In this document: piece by piece, positions 7,852 to 16,307 of the stretch
Position numbering within the stretch: position 1 is the stretch's first letter
Layout of the letters: the number at the start of each line of letters is the position of its first letter
IMG/VR virus record: IMGVR_UViG_3300049594_000135
Coordinates: 1-35,506 of that record
DNA from: a virus
Taxonomy: Duplodnaviria; Caudoviricetes
DNA: 35,506 nt
Strand: one strand, 5' to 3'
Program-made: the position numbers and the translations under genes
Notes under the pieces: generated by a model
The model's database searches: none
Told to the model about the DNA's origin: nothing
Seen by the model: only the letters and a program-made list of their open reading frames with translations

Positions 7852-8751
7852 ATGAATGTAAAAGAGTTTTTAATCCAGCAAGCCAAAAGAGCTGGGGTAA
7901 GTGATGATCCTGAGTTTAACCTGATGATTTCAGCTTCTGTGCTTGGTGACATCCAAGTGCCGGAGGCAGTCAGCAGTAAGTTCAACACCAATCTCTATGA
8001 CTTTGAACTTGCCAAGACCAGCCTTGACCTTAAAAAGCACTTCATCAGTAATTACATGATGGGCTATGATGAGGAGATTATCAAGATGGCTAAGGAGTAT
8101 GGTCTGGATGGTAATGCCGTTGAGGAGCTTCGGGTGACCAAGAACAGCGGGGATAAAATCAAGCTGGCACTCAAGAAGATGAAGGAGCTGGAAGAGAAGG
8201 CAAAGAATGCCACCAATAGCAACCAGTCTGATGAGTTCTTAAAGAAGATGGCAGAGGCTCAGGCCAAGTATGATGACCTGGTAAGCAAGGCAGAGGCAGA
8301 TAAGCATCTGATTGAGCAGAAGTTTGTCAGTAAAATGAAAAATCTCTGGGAGCAGACTCAGCTAAATGGCATCCAGTGGAACGATCAGATTCCAGAGGCT
8401 GCCAGAGTTCCAGCTTATCAGGCTGTGCTGGATAAGAAGCTGGCTCAATTGGATGGTCAGCTTATCTATGATGCTGAGCGGAATATTGCCCGACTTGTTA
8501 ATGCTAAAGATTCAAGTTTACCTCTTGTGCATAATGGAAGAGAGTTTTCATATTCTGATCTTTCTGCATTAGTTTTACAGGAGAATAAGCTGTTGAAGGA
8601 GCAAGGTCAAGGTGGCACTAACCAGGTTCAATTCGCAGCAGGCACACCATCAATACCGACTATTCCTACACAGGCTAGTCAAGGCACTCCACTTCCTGCA
8701 TCGGTTCGCTCAGCACTTGCTGACATTTCGAATCTTGCGGCTAAACTTTAG
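7852..8751 (+). CDS. Capsid scaffolding protein
   Basis: Helical, K/E-rich coiled coil with a low-complexity C-terminus, directly before the capsid gene. Confidence 0.65.
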   Translation: MNVKEFLIQQAKRAGVSDDPEFNLMISASVLGDIQVPEAVSSKFNTNLYDFELAKTSLDLKKHFISNYMMGYDEEIIKMAKEYGLDGNAVEELRVTKNSGDKIKLALKKMKELEEKAKNATNSNQSDEFLKKMAEAQAKYDDLVSKAEADKHLIEQKFVSKMKNLWEQTQLNGIQWNDQIPEAARVPAYQAVLDKKLAQLDGQLIYDAERNIARLVNAKDSSLPLVHNGREFSYSDLSALVLQENKLLKEQGQGGTNQVQFAAGTPSIPTIPTQASQGTPLPASVRSALADISNLAAKL

Positions 8752-8759
8752 TTTAAAAA

Positions 8760-9884
8760 ATGTCACTTTCAACAGCAAATGTCTGTCCAGCGATATTAAC
8801 CTCCCTGGCTGACAACCTAATAAACAACCCAAGTAATGTGCAGATTCATGGCGGTATGCTTGCTGCACTTACCAGCCCATCAAATCTGGCAGCTGGTCAA
8901 ATCATCCGTCAGGCCAATGACAATGGCACAGGACAACTCAAGGAAGTTCGTGTGGTTTACAAGGAGCGCAAACTAGCTTCTTCTGCTACCGACACCAAAG
9001 ATTGCGTGGCTGATGGTCAGATGAACTACATCGAGGAGACAGTTCCAATCAACAATTATCGTGGAGTTAGCTTCACAATGTCTGAGGCTCAGATTCGTAC
9101 ATATTGTGACAGCTATCTTGAGCTTACTCAACTTACGGGTTCGGTTCAACCAGGGCAAATTGTGGAAAGGGCTAATGGCATCGGTGCAGCTCAAGGCGCA
9201 TTATCGGTTATTCGTGAGATGTTCATGGACTTCCAGCTTTCAGCCAATGCTCTTGTGCAGGCAATCAATGATGACCTGATCACTGCTGCACTTGGTGGAG
9301 TTGGTAATTGGTTTGGAGGTGGAACTAATCCTAGTTACACCGTTGAGAACTCTACTGATGGCTCTGTAAAGGCTAAGGGTCTGTTCGAAATGAAGCAGAA
9401 CTACATGAACACTGGGTTCAACGGTGCGCCTATCATTGTAGGTGGTGCTGGTGCGCTTCAGCGTGTATGGATGAACGATAGCCGCTACTTCGGTCAGGGT
9501 GCTAATGGTATCAACTTCGCAACTGTCCGTGATAACACTGGCATTGCTGACTTCTATTTTGATACCAACATCGCTGGCAATATGACCGATCAGGATTCTG
9601 CCATCGTGTTTGCTCCGGGTTCACTTCTGTATCTGCCTTACCTCAACTATGTTGGTAACTATGGTCAGATTGGAGTTATGAATCGCTTTACTATGCCGAT
9701 TCCGGGCTTACCCTCTGTGCGTCAGGACGTTAGGATTCTTCCGGATGAATGCCAGGAGACATACCAGGTCTTTTGCGAGGCAGCGTTTGACCTATATTCT
9801 GCTCCTACTGCTATGTTCCCAGCTGGTGATTCAAATGCAGGTGTGAACGGAGTATTCAAAGCTCAGTTTGTTGCTGGTGTTTAA
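8760..9884 (+). CDS. Major capsid protein
   Basis: 374 aa, G/A/N-rich, follows the scaffold gene and is followed by a strong terminator. Confidence 0.75.
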   Translation: MSLSTANVCPAILTSLADNLINNPSNVQIHGGMLAALTSPSNLAAGQIIRQANDNGTGQLKEVRVVYKERKLASSATDTKDCVADGQMNYIEETVPINNYRGVSFTMSEAQIRTYCDSYLELTQLTGSVQPGQIVERANGIGAAQGALSVIREMFMDFQLSANALVQAINDDLITAALGGVGNWFGGGTNPSYTVENSTDGSVKAKGLFEMKQNYMNTGFNGAPIIVGGAGALQRVWMNDSRYFGQGANGINFATVRDNTGIADFYFDTNIAGNMTDQDSAIVFAPGSLLYLPYLNYVGNYGQIGVMNRFTMPIPGLPSVRQDVRILPDECQETYQVFCEAAFDLYSAPTAMFPAGDSNAGVNGVFKAQFVAGV

Positions 9885-9897
9885 TTAACCACAACTC

Positions 9898-9932
9898 AAA
9901 AAAAGAGGGAGGCCAAAAACCTCCCTTTTTTT
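9898..9932. terminator. Bidirectional intrinsic terminator
   Basis: A7-GA-GGGAGG-ccaaaaa-CCTCCC-T7 between convergent genes. Confidence 0.9.
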
Positions 9933-9957
9933 GTTTCTAACATTTACACAATAACTC

Positions 9958-10203
9958 TTAATTGTCCTCAATATAGCAATCCTCAAACTCTTCATCACTG
10001 CTTTTTGCACTTGGGCATCTGACTAGGATTAGTGGTCTGCCTCTTCTTAGATGCCACTGCCCATAAGTGGCAAACCAGTTCTCGGCTACTCTCCTGCTGT
10101 CAAATACTCCTATGTAAGGCTCTTGCCTGCCACTTATTGTTGAGATGACATCAAAGCGATACTTTGAGTTATCCGGTGCGTTATCTGATGCTGAGTGATA
10201 CAT
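9958..10203 (-). CDS. Hypothetical protein
   Basis: 81-aa ORF, last gene of the minus-strand operon. Confidence 0.6.
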   Translation of the reverse strand: MYHSASDNAPDNSKYRFDVISTISGRQEPYIGVFDSRRVAENWFATYGQWHLRRGRPLILVRCPSAKSSDEEFEDCYIEDN

Positions 10204-10684
10204 TTTCCTTTAGTTGCGCTCCTGGTACTTCTTCACCATCCTTGATGGCCTGACTTATTGTGGACTTGCTCACTTCCTTCTTGATCACCCAGAACTCAGC
10301 CGGAAGCACAGTCTCATCAAGTACTTCCACTGCCTGACTCTTGCGAGTGCTTAGCTTGGCTAGTGGAGTCTCATACCTCCTGATGCCCTTTGCATCCTCT
10401 TCTGTGAACACCATCAGCGCAGCCAGTAGTGACTCTCTTAGGCGAAGCACAGTGTTCTCCTTGGCCTTCTTAAGTGCCTGTATGCGCTTAATCTCAGCAG
10501 AGGCCTGGTCAGCCTCTGATTCCAGCTTCAGGATGAACTTGGCATAGGCCTCAGCCTTATACTGGAAGTTTTCCCTCCTTATTGCAAGTTCCTCAATGAT
10601 CTCATCATTGACCTCGCCTCCGTTCTCCTCCATCAATGCGATGAAGGAGAGTTCTTCTTGTGTTAGTTGCCAGAGTGTTGCCAT
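10181..10684 (-). CDS. Siphovirus Gp157 family protein
   Basis: KAEAYAKFI...EIKRIQALKK...RKSQAVEV...KSTISQAIKDGEEVPGAQL...SLSIR. Confidence 0.9.
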   Translation of the reverse strand: MATLWQLTQEELSFIALMEENGGEVNDEIIEELAIRRENFQYKAEAYAKFILKLESEADQASAEIKRIQALKKAKENTVLRLRESLLAALMVFTEEDAKGIRRYETPLAKLSTRKSQAVEVLDETVLPAEFWVIKKEVSKSTISQAIKDGEEVPGAQLKENVSLSIR

Positions 10685-10686
10685 GA

Positions 10687-11388
10687 TCAGAATGGAAATT
10701 CATCTTCAAAACTTTCAACCTGAGCAGCCACTTGCTGCTGATGCTGGGCATAGAGCATCTCCTGCTGCTGAGCCGGAGTAGGAGTTGCCACTGCCGGAGC
10801 AGGAGCAACTGGAGCTTTCATCATTGCTTGGTACTCCTTGCTTCCTGTAATCATCTCCTGCAGGAAGGTAGGAAGTGATTCGAACTTAGGCCGATCAAAC
10901 TCTAGCACACTGAACTCCATGCTAGGGTTGTGCTGTGGTGGGCATACCATGCCTTTCATCATTGGAAGGACAGCAGCAATGCGCTCATATACCTTCTCTG
11001 GGTTAGCCTTGGATGGCTGATGGATCAGGTTAATCATGCACGGTGCGCCTATGAGCTTAGCAAGGTCAAATGCTTTTGCTTCCTCATCAGTCAGTGCCTT
11101 ACCTCTCCAGGCATTGAGCATTGCTCTCAGGTTTGACTTCTCATTTAAGCTGAATGTCATCTCCCTGCTGATTGCACATGGCTGCATGCCTTTGTCTTGA
11201 TTGAAGCACTTAAGCTCTGTGGGTAACTCCCAAGTAAACCTTACCAGGTCTACTACTTTCTCCTCACCCATGTACTTCTGAACTACATGACCAAGGTGAA
11301 CAACTGAATAACATCTGGCTACATAAGTGCCAGCTGGGATAAGCTCTCTCTGAGTGCTTTCTCCGGTTGATTTAGCGATGATTGCCAT
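10687..11388 (-). CDS. Putative ssDNA-binding / replication protein
   Basis: ELIPAGTYVARCYSVVHLG, SLNEKSNLR, LIGAPCMINL; acidic SSB-like tail EDEFPF. Confidence 0.7.
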   Translation of the reverse strand: MAIIAKSTGESTQRELIPAGTYVARCYSVVHLGHVVQKYMGEEKVVDLVRFTWELPTELKCFNQDKGMQPCAISREMTFSLNEKSNLRAMLNAWRGKALTDEEAKAFDLAKLIGAPCMINLIHQPSKANPEKVYERIAAVLPMMKGMVCPPQHNPSMEFSVLEFDRPKFESLPTFLQEMITGSKEYQAMMKAPVAPAPAVATPTPAQQQEMLYAQHQQQVAAQVESFEDEFPF

Positions 11389-11418
11389 AATCTGTTTGGT
11401 TTATTTATTGAACAAAAA

Positions 11419-11520
11419 TTAAAGTGCGTAAACGATAGCGCAGATTGCCCAGACTGCTAGGAGTTTTGCGAAAAGGATAATTTGATCCTTTAGGGGCATT
11501 TGAGGGTGATTCATATCCAT
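11419..11520 (-). CDS. Small membrane peptide (33 aa, not in ORF track)
   Basis: MDMNHPQMPLKDQIILFAKLLAVWAICAIVYAL*. Confidence 0.55.
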   Translation of the reverse strand: MDMNHPQMPLKDQIILFAKLLAVWAICAIVYAL

Positions 11521-11529
11521 GATTAGAAT

Positions 11530-11547
11530 GGGAGGGTTTCCCCTCCC
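11530..11547 (-). other. GC-rich GAAA-tetraloop hairpin (mRNA stabiliser or weak terminator)
   Basis: GGGAGGG-GAAA-CCCTCCC on the minus strand, without a clean U-tract. Confidence 0.6.
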
Positions 11548-11556
11548 GATTATGTT

Positions 11557-11799
11557 TTAGATAAGATTTAAGATTGTTTCTTTTACTTGATTGATAAAAA
11601 CACCTTTTACCGTTTCTTCTTTTGAAATATTTATTCCTTTAAGATTAAAAGCATAAAGGTTAAAAAGGTCTTGTGATTTGTCATAAGAAACAACCACATG
11701 TCTTTTTCCATAAATACCCTTGATTGAATCTTTGCCTTTTACGATTACTGAAGCATTTGTGTTTGCGATGATTGCTTCGATGTTTTGTGCTGTTGTCAT
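11557..11799 (-). CDS. Hypothetical early protein (AT-rich)
   Basis: Likely start MTTAQNIE at 11799, downstream of a consensus promoter. Confidence 0.7.
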   Translation of the reverse strand: MTTAQNIEAIIANTNASVIVKGKDSIKGIYGKRHVVVSYDKSQDLFNLYAFNLKGINISKEETVKGVFINQVKETILNLI

Positions 11800-11829
11800 G
11801 TCTGTAATTGTTATTTGTAAATGTTGAGA

Positions 11830-11860
11830 CAAAGGTAAGCAGAGATTTTATATCTGCAAA
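11830..11860 (-). promoter_or_regulatory. Bacteroidota primary-sigma promoter (-33 TTTG, 19-nt spacer, -7 TACCTTTG)
   Basis: Minus strand TTTG-cagatataaaatctctgct-TACCTTTG matches TTTG-N19-21-TAnnTTTG. Confidence 0.85.
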
Positions 11861-11888
11861 TTATCTGCAAAAATATTTTACATTTTTT

Positions 11889-12251
11889 TTATATTTTTTT
11901 TCGAATCAGCCTCCCATACTTCAAAAGGGCATAATTGTGCTTGGTATCCACTACCATTAATTGACCTTCATGATCCTCCAGGTTCATCCGGTGACATACC
12001 TTTTTGAAGTGTTCGGTAGTCAATCCGTGTTTAATACAGAAGGCATCCAAGCTAAGCCTCTGCTTGTGTCTGCGTGTGCCGCAGTGCTGAAGTATGTCAG
12101 CAACCATTGCAAGATTCCACTCATCAACCTTAACCCAAGGATATTTGTAGCCATCCACCTTCTGGGTGTGGAACAGTCTCTTGTACCTAGTAAAGCGGTG
12201 CTGTGGAAGTTTATACTTCCGGCAGAAGTCAGAAATTTTAAGTAAGTCCAT
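11889..12251 (-). CDS. Basic hypothetical protein with two repeated DNA-binding-like modules
   Basis: LKISDFCRKYKL...F and LSLDAFCIKHGL...F internal repeat. Confidence 0.6.
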   Translation of the reverse strand: MDLLKISDFCRKYKLPQHRFTRYKRLFHTQKVDGYKYPWVKVDEWNLAMVADILQHCGTRRHKQRLSLDAFCIKHGLTTEHFKKVCHRMNLEDHEGQLMVVDTKHNYALLKYGRLIRKKI

Positions 12252-12291
12252 CCTTTTGGTTTAGGTTTGCAAAAGTAACTGCAAAACTATT

Positions 12292-12699
12292 ATGGCAGGA
12301 ATAATATTTGAAATGGAGTTGCCGGAGATCATTAGGCCTAACCCACACTTTAAAAAGTATGTAGGCACTGAGGACAACTTCCAGAAGGCAGTTGCCAAGT
12401 ACCTGGACACTATTGGAGCATTCTGGTTTCATTGCCCTAATGGAGGAAGCAGGAATGCCATAGAAGCAAGCAAGCTCAAAGGTATGGGAGTTAAGGCTGG
12501 CATTCCAGACTGTCTGATACTTGATCAGTGGAAAGGCTATTCCGGTCTGGCTATCGAGCTGAAGGTAGGCTACAATAAACCTTCAGAGCATCAGTTGTCA
12601 ATATTTGACAAATTGATTGCTGCCAACTGGATGGTGGTTGTCTCCTGGTCACTTGATGAAGTAATTAGCATAATAGATTATTACTATGAACATAAATGA
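12292..12699 (+). CDS. VRR-NUC domain nuclease
   Basis: EDNFQ...FHCPNGGSR...GVKAGIPD...IELKVG..KPSEHQ. Confidence 0.92.
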   Translation: MAGIIFEMELPEIIRPNPHFKKYVGTEDNFQKAVAKYLDTIGAFWFHCPNGGSRNAIEASKLKGMGVKAGIPDCLILDQWKGYSGLAIELKVGYNKPSEHQLSIFDKLIAANWMVVVSWSLDEVISIIDYYYEHK

Positions 12700-13243
12700 A
12701 AAAGGATTCTGGGAGAATCCAACCAATGAAGGCCATGCCCATGATAGCAGGCTGGCAGGAGCTATTCTAAAGATACTAAGGCGCAGGAAGTGCGACACCT
12801 TGGTAGACTTCGGATGTGGCACTGGAGACTATGCCAGATTCTTCAGGAAGTACGGATTTGTGGTAGAAGCCTATGATGGCAATCCATACACAGAGGAGCT
12901 AACAGGAGGCATCGGATCAGTCAAGGACTTGAGCCAGCCATTTAACCTACTAAAGCAGTTTGGCTGTGTAATGAGTCTGGAAGTGGGAGAACACATCCCG
13001 GCAGAATTTGAGCAGGCATTTCTGGACAATCTAATTAAGCATGTGCTGGATGATGGCATAATAATTCTCTCTTGGGCAGTGCCTGGTCAAGTAGGTGATG
13101 GGCATGTCAATTGCCAGACCAATGACTACATCATGCAACAGATGCAGCAGCGAGGTTTCTACCTAGAGGACACATTGACCAACCAGCTTCGCAAAGCAGC
13201 CAGCCTGTGGTGGTTTAAAAATAGTTTGATGGTTTTCATTTAA
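12686..13243 (+). CDS. Class I SAM-dependent methyltransferase
   Basis: VDFGCGTGDY motif I; SLEVGEHIP; WAVPGQVGDGHVN. Confidence 0.88.
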   Translation: MNINEKGFWENPTNEGHAHDSRLAGAILKILRRRKCDTLVDFGCGTGDYARFFRKYGFVVEAYDGNPYTEELTGGIGSVKDLSQPFNLLKQFGCVMSLEVGEHIPAEFEQAFLDNLIKHVLDDGIIILSWAVPGQVGDGHVNCQTNDYIMQQMQQRGFYLEDTLTNQLRKAASLWWFKNSLMVFI

Positions 13244-13297
13244 AATTTGGTGCTTTGATTTCTTCTACATTTTATTTGCAAAAAAATAAATCAAAAC

Positions 13298-13582
13298 ATG
13301 GAAGAACTAACCGAATTGCAAAAGAAACTGGATGACTGCCGGAGGCACTCAGACAATCACAGGCGGTCAAGAGACTACCACAAAGAGCAATCTGCTGATC
13401 TCAGGGAAGAAATAAAGGAGCTATCAGCTGCCTTGGAGTATTGGAAAGGACAGCACAATAAGATGGACGGTGCATTCTGCGAGGCTAGGTATCACCATCA
13501 CCGATGGATGAGCATTGCCATTGTTCTTGGCATCTTTAGCCTTGGAATGTCAGTTTTATTTTTTTGGGCAGTGAGAAGTTAG
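13298..13582 (+). CDS. Coiled-coil protein with C-terminal TM helix
   Basis: Heptad-like N-terminus; WMSIAIVLGIFSLGMSVLFFWAV. Confidence 0.7.
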   Translation: MEELTELQKKLDDCRRHSDNHRRSRDYHKEQSADLREEIKELSAALEYWKGQHNKMDGAFCEARYHHHRWMSIAIVLGIFSLGMSVLFFWAVRS

Positions 13583-13583
13583 T

Positions 13584-13698
13584 TATATTTGCAAAGCCGA
13601 AAGGCCGCTGGGTAGGAGCAGCGTTTGTGAAAAAATTTATTGCCCTTTGTCCGCTTAGTAGAGACTCCTACCTCGAACGGCGAACAAAGGGTTTTTTT
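13584..13698 (+). promoter_or_regulatory. Promoter -7 box plus structured leader / attenuator with loop-loop complementarity
   Basis: TATATTTG; GCC-GAAA-GGC; CGCTG-GGTAGGAG-CAGCG; terminator CCCTTTGT...ACAAAGGG-T7 enclosing CTCCTACC. Confidence 0.75.
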
Positions 13699-13704
13699 AT
13701 TTTT

Positions 13705-13878
13705 ATGCACTTAGTTTTTAAAGAATTAAAAATTGACATCACTCACAGTCCAGAACTTAACAATGTCAAAGTTATGGTGTGGTTAGATGAAACTCTTGTT
13801 GCAGAAGGTATTTATGATGATTTCTTAGATATGCCTTCAGTTGAACAAATTTTACTTGATAGTGGAATATATCTATGA
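13705..13878 (+). CDS. Small acidic hypothetical protein (57 aa)
   Basis: MHLVFKELKID...; ATGA overlap with the initiator gene. Confidence 0.6.
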   Translation: MHLVFKELKIDITHSPELNNVKVMVWLDETLVAEGIYDDFLDMPSVEQILLDSGIYL

Positions 13879-14558
13879 ATGGATATCAATTAACCAGACA
13901 ATGGTTTGAATGGAGATTTAATAATCCAGGCAAACTATCATCAGCTCATGCTGAGCTTTATTTCTACATCGTTGATCGGTGGAACTACTTTGGTCAAAAA
14001 TCAGAGTTTGGCCTTCCAAGAATGCACACAATGGAGGTGCTTTCGATAGGTAGCAGAAATACTTACAAAAAACTTTTTGGTGACTTAATTGACTATGGTT
14101 TTATAAAGTTAATCCGTGAGTCTTGCAATCAATATCATCATGCATCAATAATTGCCCTGTCAAAATTTGAGCAAGCACCTGACACACCACTTGACACACC
14201 AACTGAGCAAGCACATGAGCAACCATCTGAGCAAGCACCTGACCCAATAGTTAAACCTAATAACCAACAAACCAATAAACCAATTAAGACTGAACAAGAG
14301 TTTAAAGAAGCCTTAAAGCAGTATGAGCCTAAATATGAACTTCCAATGATTATGGCCTTTTGTAACTATTGGACAGAAACTGACCAAAAAGGAAAAATGA
14401 GATTTCAAGCTGAAAAGTTTTTTGACATATCAAGAAGGCTGGCAACATGGGCAAGGAATCAAAACTCATTCTATAAAAACCAAAATAAGAGTCTAACCGT
14501 AGATGTTCCGCCCGCACCTGTCCGCAAAGTACATGAATCCTTTACCTTTAAGCTCTAA
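13875..14558 (+). CDS. Phage replication initiator (lambda O-like organisation)
   Basis: N-terminal wHTH-like region, central iteron repeats, C-terminal FCNYWTE...KMRFQAEKFFDISRRLATW; directly upstream of DnaB. Confidence 0.8.
   Translation: MNGYQLTRQWFEWRFNNPGKLSSAHAELYFYIVDRWNYFGQKSEFGLPRMHTMEVLSIGSRNTYKKLFGDLIDYGFIKLIRESCNQYHHASIIALSKFEQAPDTPLDTPTEQAHEQPSEQAPDPIVKPNNQQTNKPIKTEQEFKEALKQYEPKYELPMIMAFCNYWTETDQKGKMRFQAEKFFDISRRLATWARNQNSFYKNQNKSLTVDVPPAPVRKVHESFTFKL
14168..14251 (+). repeat. Seven 12-bp tandem units, putative origin iterons
   Basis: TGAGCAAGCACC TGACACACCACT TGACACACCAAC TGAGCAAGCACA TGAGCAACCATC TGAGCAAGCACC TGACCCAATAGT, then an A-rich tract. Confidence 0.8.
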
Positions 14559-14569
14559 CCAAAACAATT

Positions 14570-15901
14570 ATGCAATTTGAAAATTCAGAACTGGAGAGGC
14601 AAGTCCTTTCCGCAATGATGATCTCACCGGAGGATAGGCTAACAGCCTTCTCCATCCTGCCCACTCTTGATTGCTTCCAAAATGAGCAACATAAGATTCT
14701 AGCCAAGGCAATCCAGGCATTACAAGATGCCGGAGAGCCTGTTGATTTAGAAACGGTGGTTTCCACCATAAAGAAGTCAGGACTAATCAAAGAAGCCGGA
14801 GGAACAAGAGCGATAGCAAACATCTATGCCTGCCTAAAGTCTCCTGGTCACATAGAGAGCCACAGCCACCTGCTTATTGAACACTTCCTCAAGGCCAAGC
14901 TATACACCTTCAGCATTGAGCTACTCCAGAAGTCGCAGTCTGATGTTGGTGACATCTTTGATCTATTCTCCGAATATCAGTCAAAGTTCGACAACATACT
15001 TGCCTCCACAATCACTCGTTCAGATGATGACTTCCAGAAGCAACTCGATGAGTCGGCAAAGGTCTGGCTAAATAGTCAGCCTGGAGAAATCGCAGGCTAT
15101 CGCACCGGAATTCATGCACTTGATAAACTATGCGGAGGGCTGGTAAATGGTGAACTCACCATCATTGGAGCTAGACCAGGACAAGGCAAGACTGCCCTTG
15201 CTGTATCAATAATTCGAAACCTAGCAAACCAAGGCATAGGCTGTGGCATGTTTAGCCTTGAGATGACCAAGCACGAACTGGTGCAGCGATTGGCATCTCA
15301 GGAGAGCAAGGTCTTTGCCTTTAAAATCAAACAAGGCGATCTTAATCCATACGATAAGAATGCAATTAATGATGCTGTTCACCGCATGAAGCAATGGCCT
15401 ATTAAGATAAGCGATGAAGGCTACCTCAACATGAGCAAAATCAGAACGAAGGCAACCATGTGGAAGAACAAGCACAAGATGCAGGTGCTATTTGTGGACT
15501 ACATTGGCCTAATAAATTCAGTCAATCCGAAAGAGACTAACCGAGTAAACATAATCGGAGAAATAAGTAGAGGATTGAAACTACTTGCCAAGGAACTCCA
15601 GATTCCAGTAGTAGCACTTTCACAACTGAGCCGAAGAGTAGATGAACGCAGCGATAAGATGCCTTTGATGAGTGACCTTAGAGAGTCGGGTTCAGTTGAG
15701 CAAGATGCTGATGTCATCTGGATGATGCTTAGGCCTGAGTACTACTTTGAGCCAACAGCAACAACTAAAGTAGGAAGCGCAGAATTGCCAAACCAAGACC
15801 TTTGCCTGATTGATCAGGTTAAGATGCGCTCTGGTAGCACCGGAATAGTACCTTTGCGATTCGATGCCCCACTAATGCGGCTAAAAGATTATCATGATTG
15901 A
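14570..15901 (+). CDS. dnaB: Replicative DNA helicase DnaB-like
   Basis: GARPGQGKT Walker A, FSLEM, VDYIGL, LSQLSR, SDLRESGSVEQDAD. Confidence 0.97.
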   Translation: MQFENSELERQVLSAMMISPEDRLTAFSILPTLDCFQNEQHKILAKAIQALQDAGEPVDLETVVSTIKKSGLIKEAGGTRAIANIYACLKSPGHIESHSHLLIEHFLKAKLYTFSIELLQKSQSDVGDIFDLFSEYQSKFDNILASTITRSDDDFQKQLDESAKVWLNSQPGEIAGYRTGIHALDKLCGGLVNGELTIIGARPGQGKTALAVSIIRNLANQGIGCGMFSLEMTKHELVQRLASQESKVFAFKIKQGDLNPYDKNAINDAVHRMKQWPIKISDEGYLNMSKIRTKATMWKNKHKMQVLFVDYIGLINSVNPKETNRVNIIGEISRGLKLLAKELQIPVVALSQLSRRVDERSDKMPLMSDLRESGSVEQDADVIWMMLRPEYYFEPTATTKVGSAELPNQDLCLIDQVKMRSGSTGIVPLRFDAPLMRLKDYHD

Positions 15902-16157
15902 AATAAATGCCATCCATCTAAGCCAAATGCCAGAACTCTGGCAGACTAATGTAACCTATCAAAACGATCTTATGTACGAACACATTGAACTACCTCCGAA
16001 TTATCAGGACTGCATGGAATACCTTAACCGAAAGATTAAGCAACTAGATGCCAAGATTGTCAAAGGTGGTTACACCAGGCACATGAGCCGCTGGCAAAAC
16101 CAAAGAGAGATGTATGCCTCAATTCTGAAATACCTATCTTTGCGAAAACAAGTTTGA
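15894..16157 (+). CDS. Hypothetical protein
   Basis: 87-aa ORF overlapping the end of dnaB. Confidence 0.55.
   Translation: MIEINAIHLSQMPELWQTNVTYQNDLMYEHIELPPNYQDCMEYLNRKIKQLDAKIVKGGYTRHMSRWQNQREMYASILKYLSLRKQV
16135..16142 (+). promoter_or_regulatory. -7 box TATCTTTG ahead of the packaging block
   Basis: Matches TAnnTTTG, 16 nt before ATG 16159. Confidence 0.55.
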
Positions 16158-16158
16158 A

Positions 16159-16305
16159 ATGCCACTAAAGAAAGGTTACTCAGCTAAGACAGTTAGCTCC
16201 AACATCAAGAAAGAGATGAAAGCAGGCAAGCCTCAGAAGCAGGCAGTAGCCATTGCGCTGTCTGTTGCTAAAAAGGCTAAGAAGGCAGCGAAGAAGAAAA
16301 TGTAG
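16159..16305 (+). CDS. Small Lys/Ala-rich basic protein (48 aa, not in ORF track)
   Basis: MPLKKGYSAKTVSSNIKKEMKAGKPQKQAVAIALSVAKKAKKAAKKKM*. Confidence 0.85.
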   Translation: MPLKKGYSAKTVSSNIKKEMKAGKPQKQAVAIALSVAKKAKKAAKKKM

Positions 16306-16307
16306 TA

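Noticed and set aside
7530-7991. 153-aa minus-strand ORF and similar antisense ORFs (e.g. 3741-4013, 25824-26195, 21095-21376)
   Set aside because: They lie opposite well-supported genes and have Ser/Leu-rich shadow composition with no motifs
13564-13704. N-terminal extension of ORF 13564-13878
   Set aside because: It spans the promoter and structured terminator leader; ATG 13705 is the more plausible start
14168-14251. CRISPR array
   Set aside because: Units are 12-bp tandem, in frame and have no spacers; no cas genes are present
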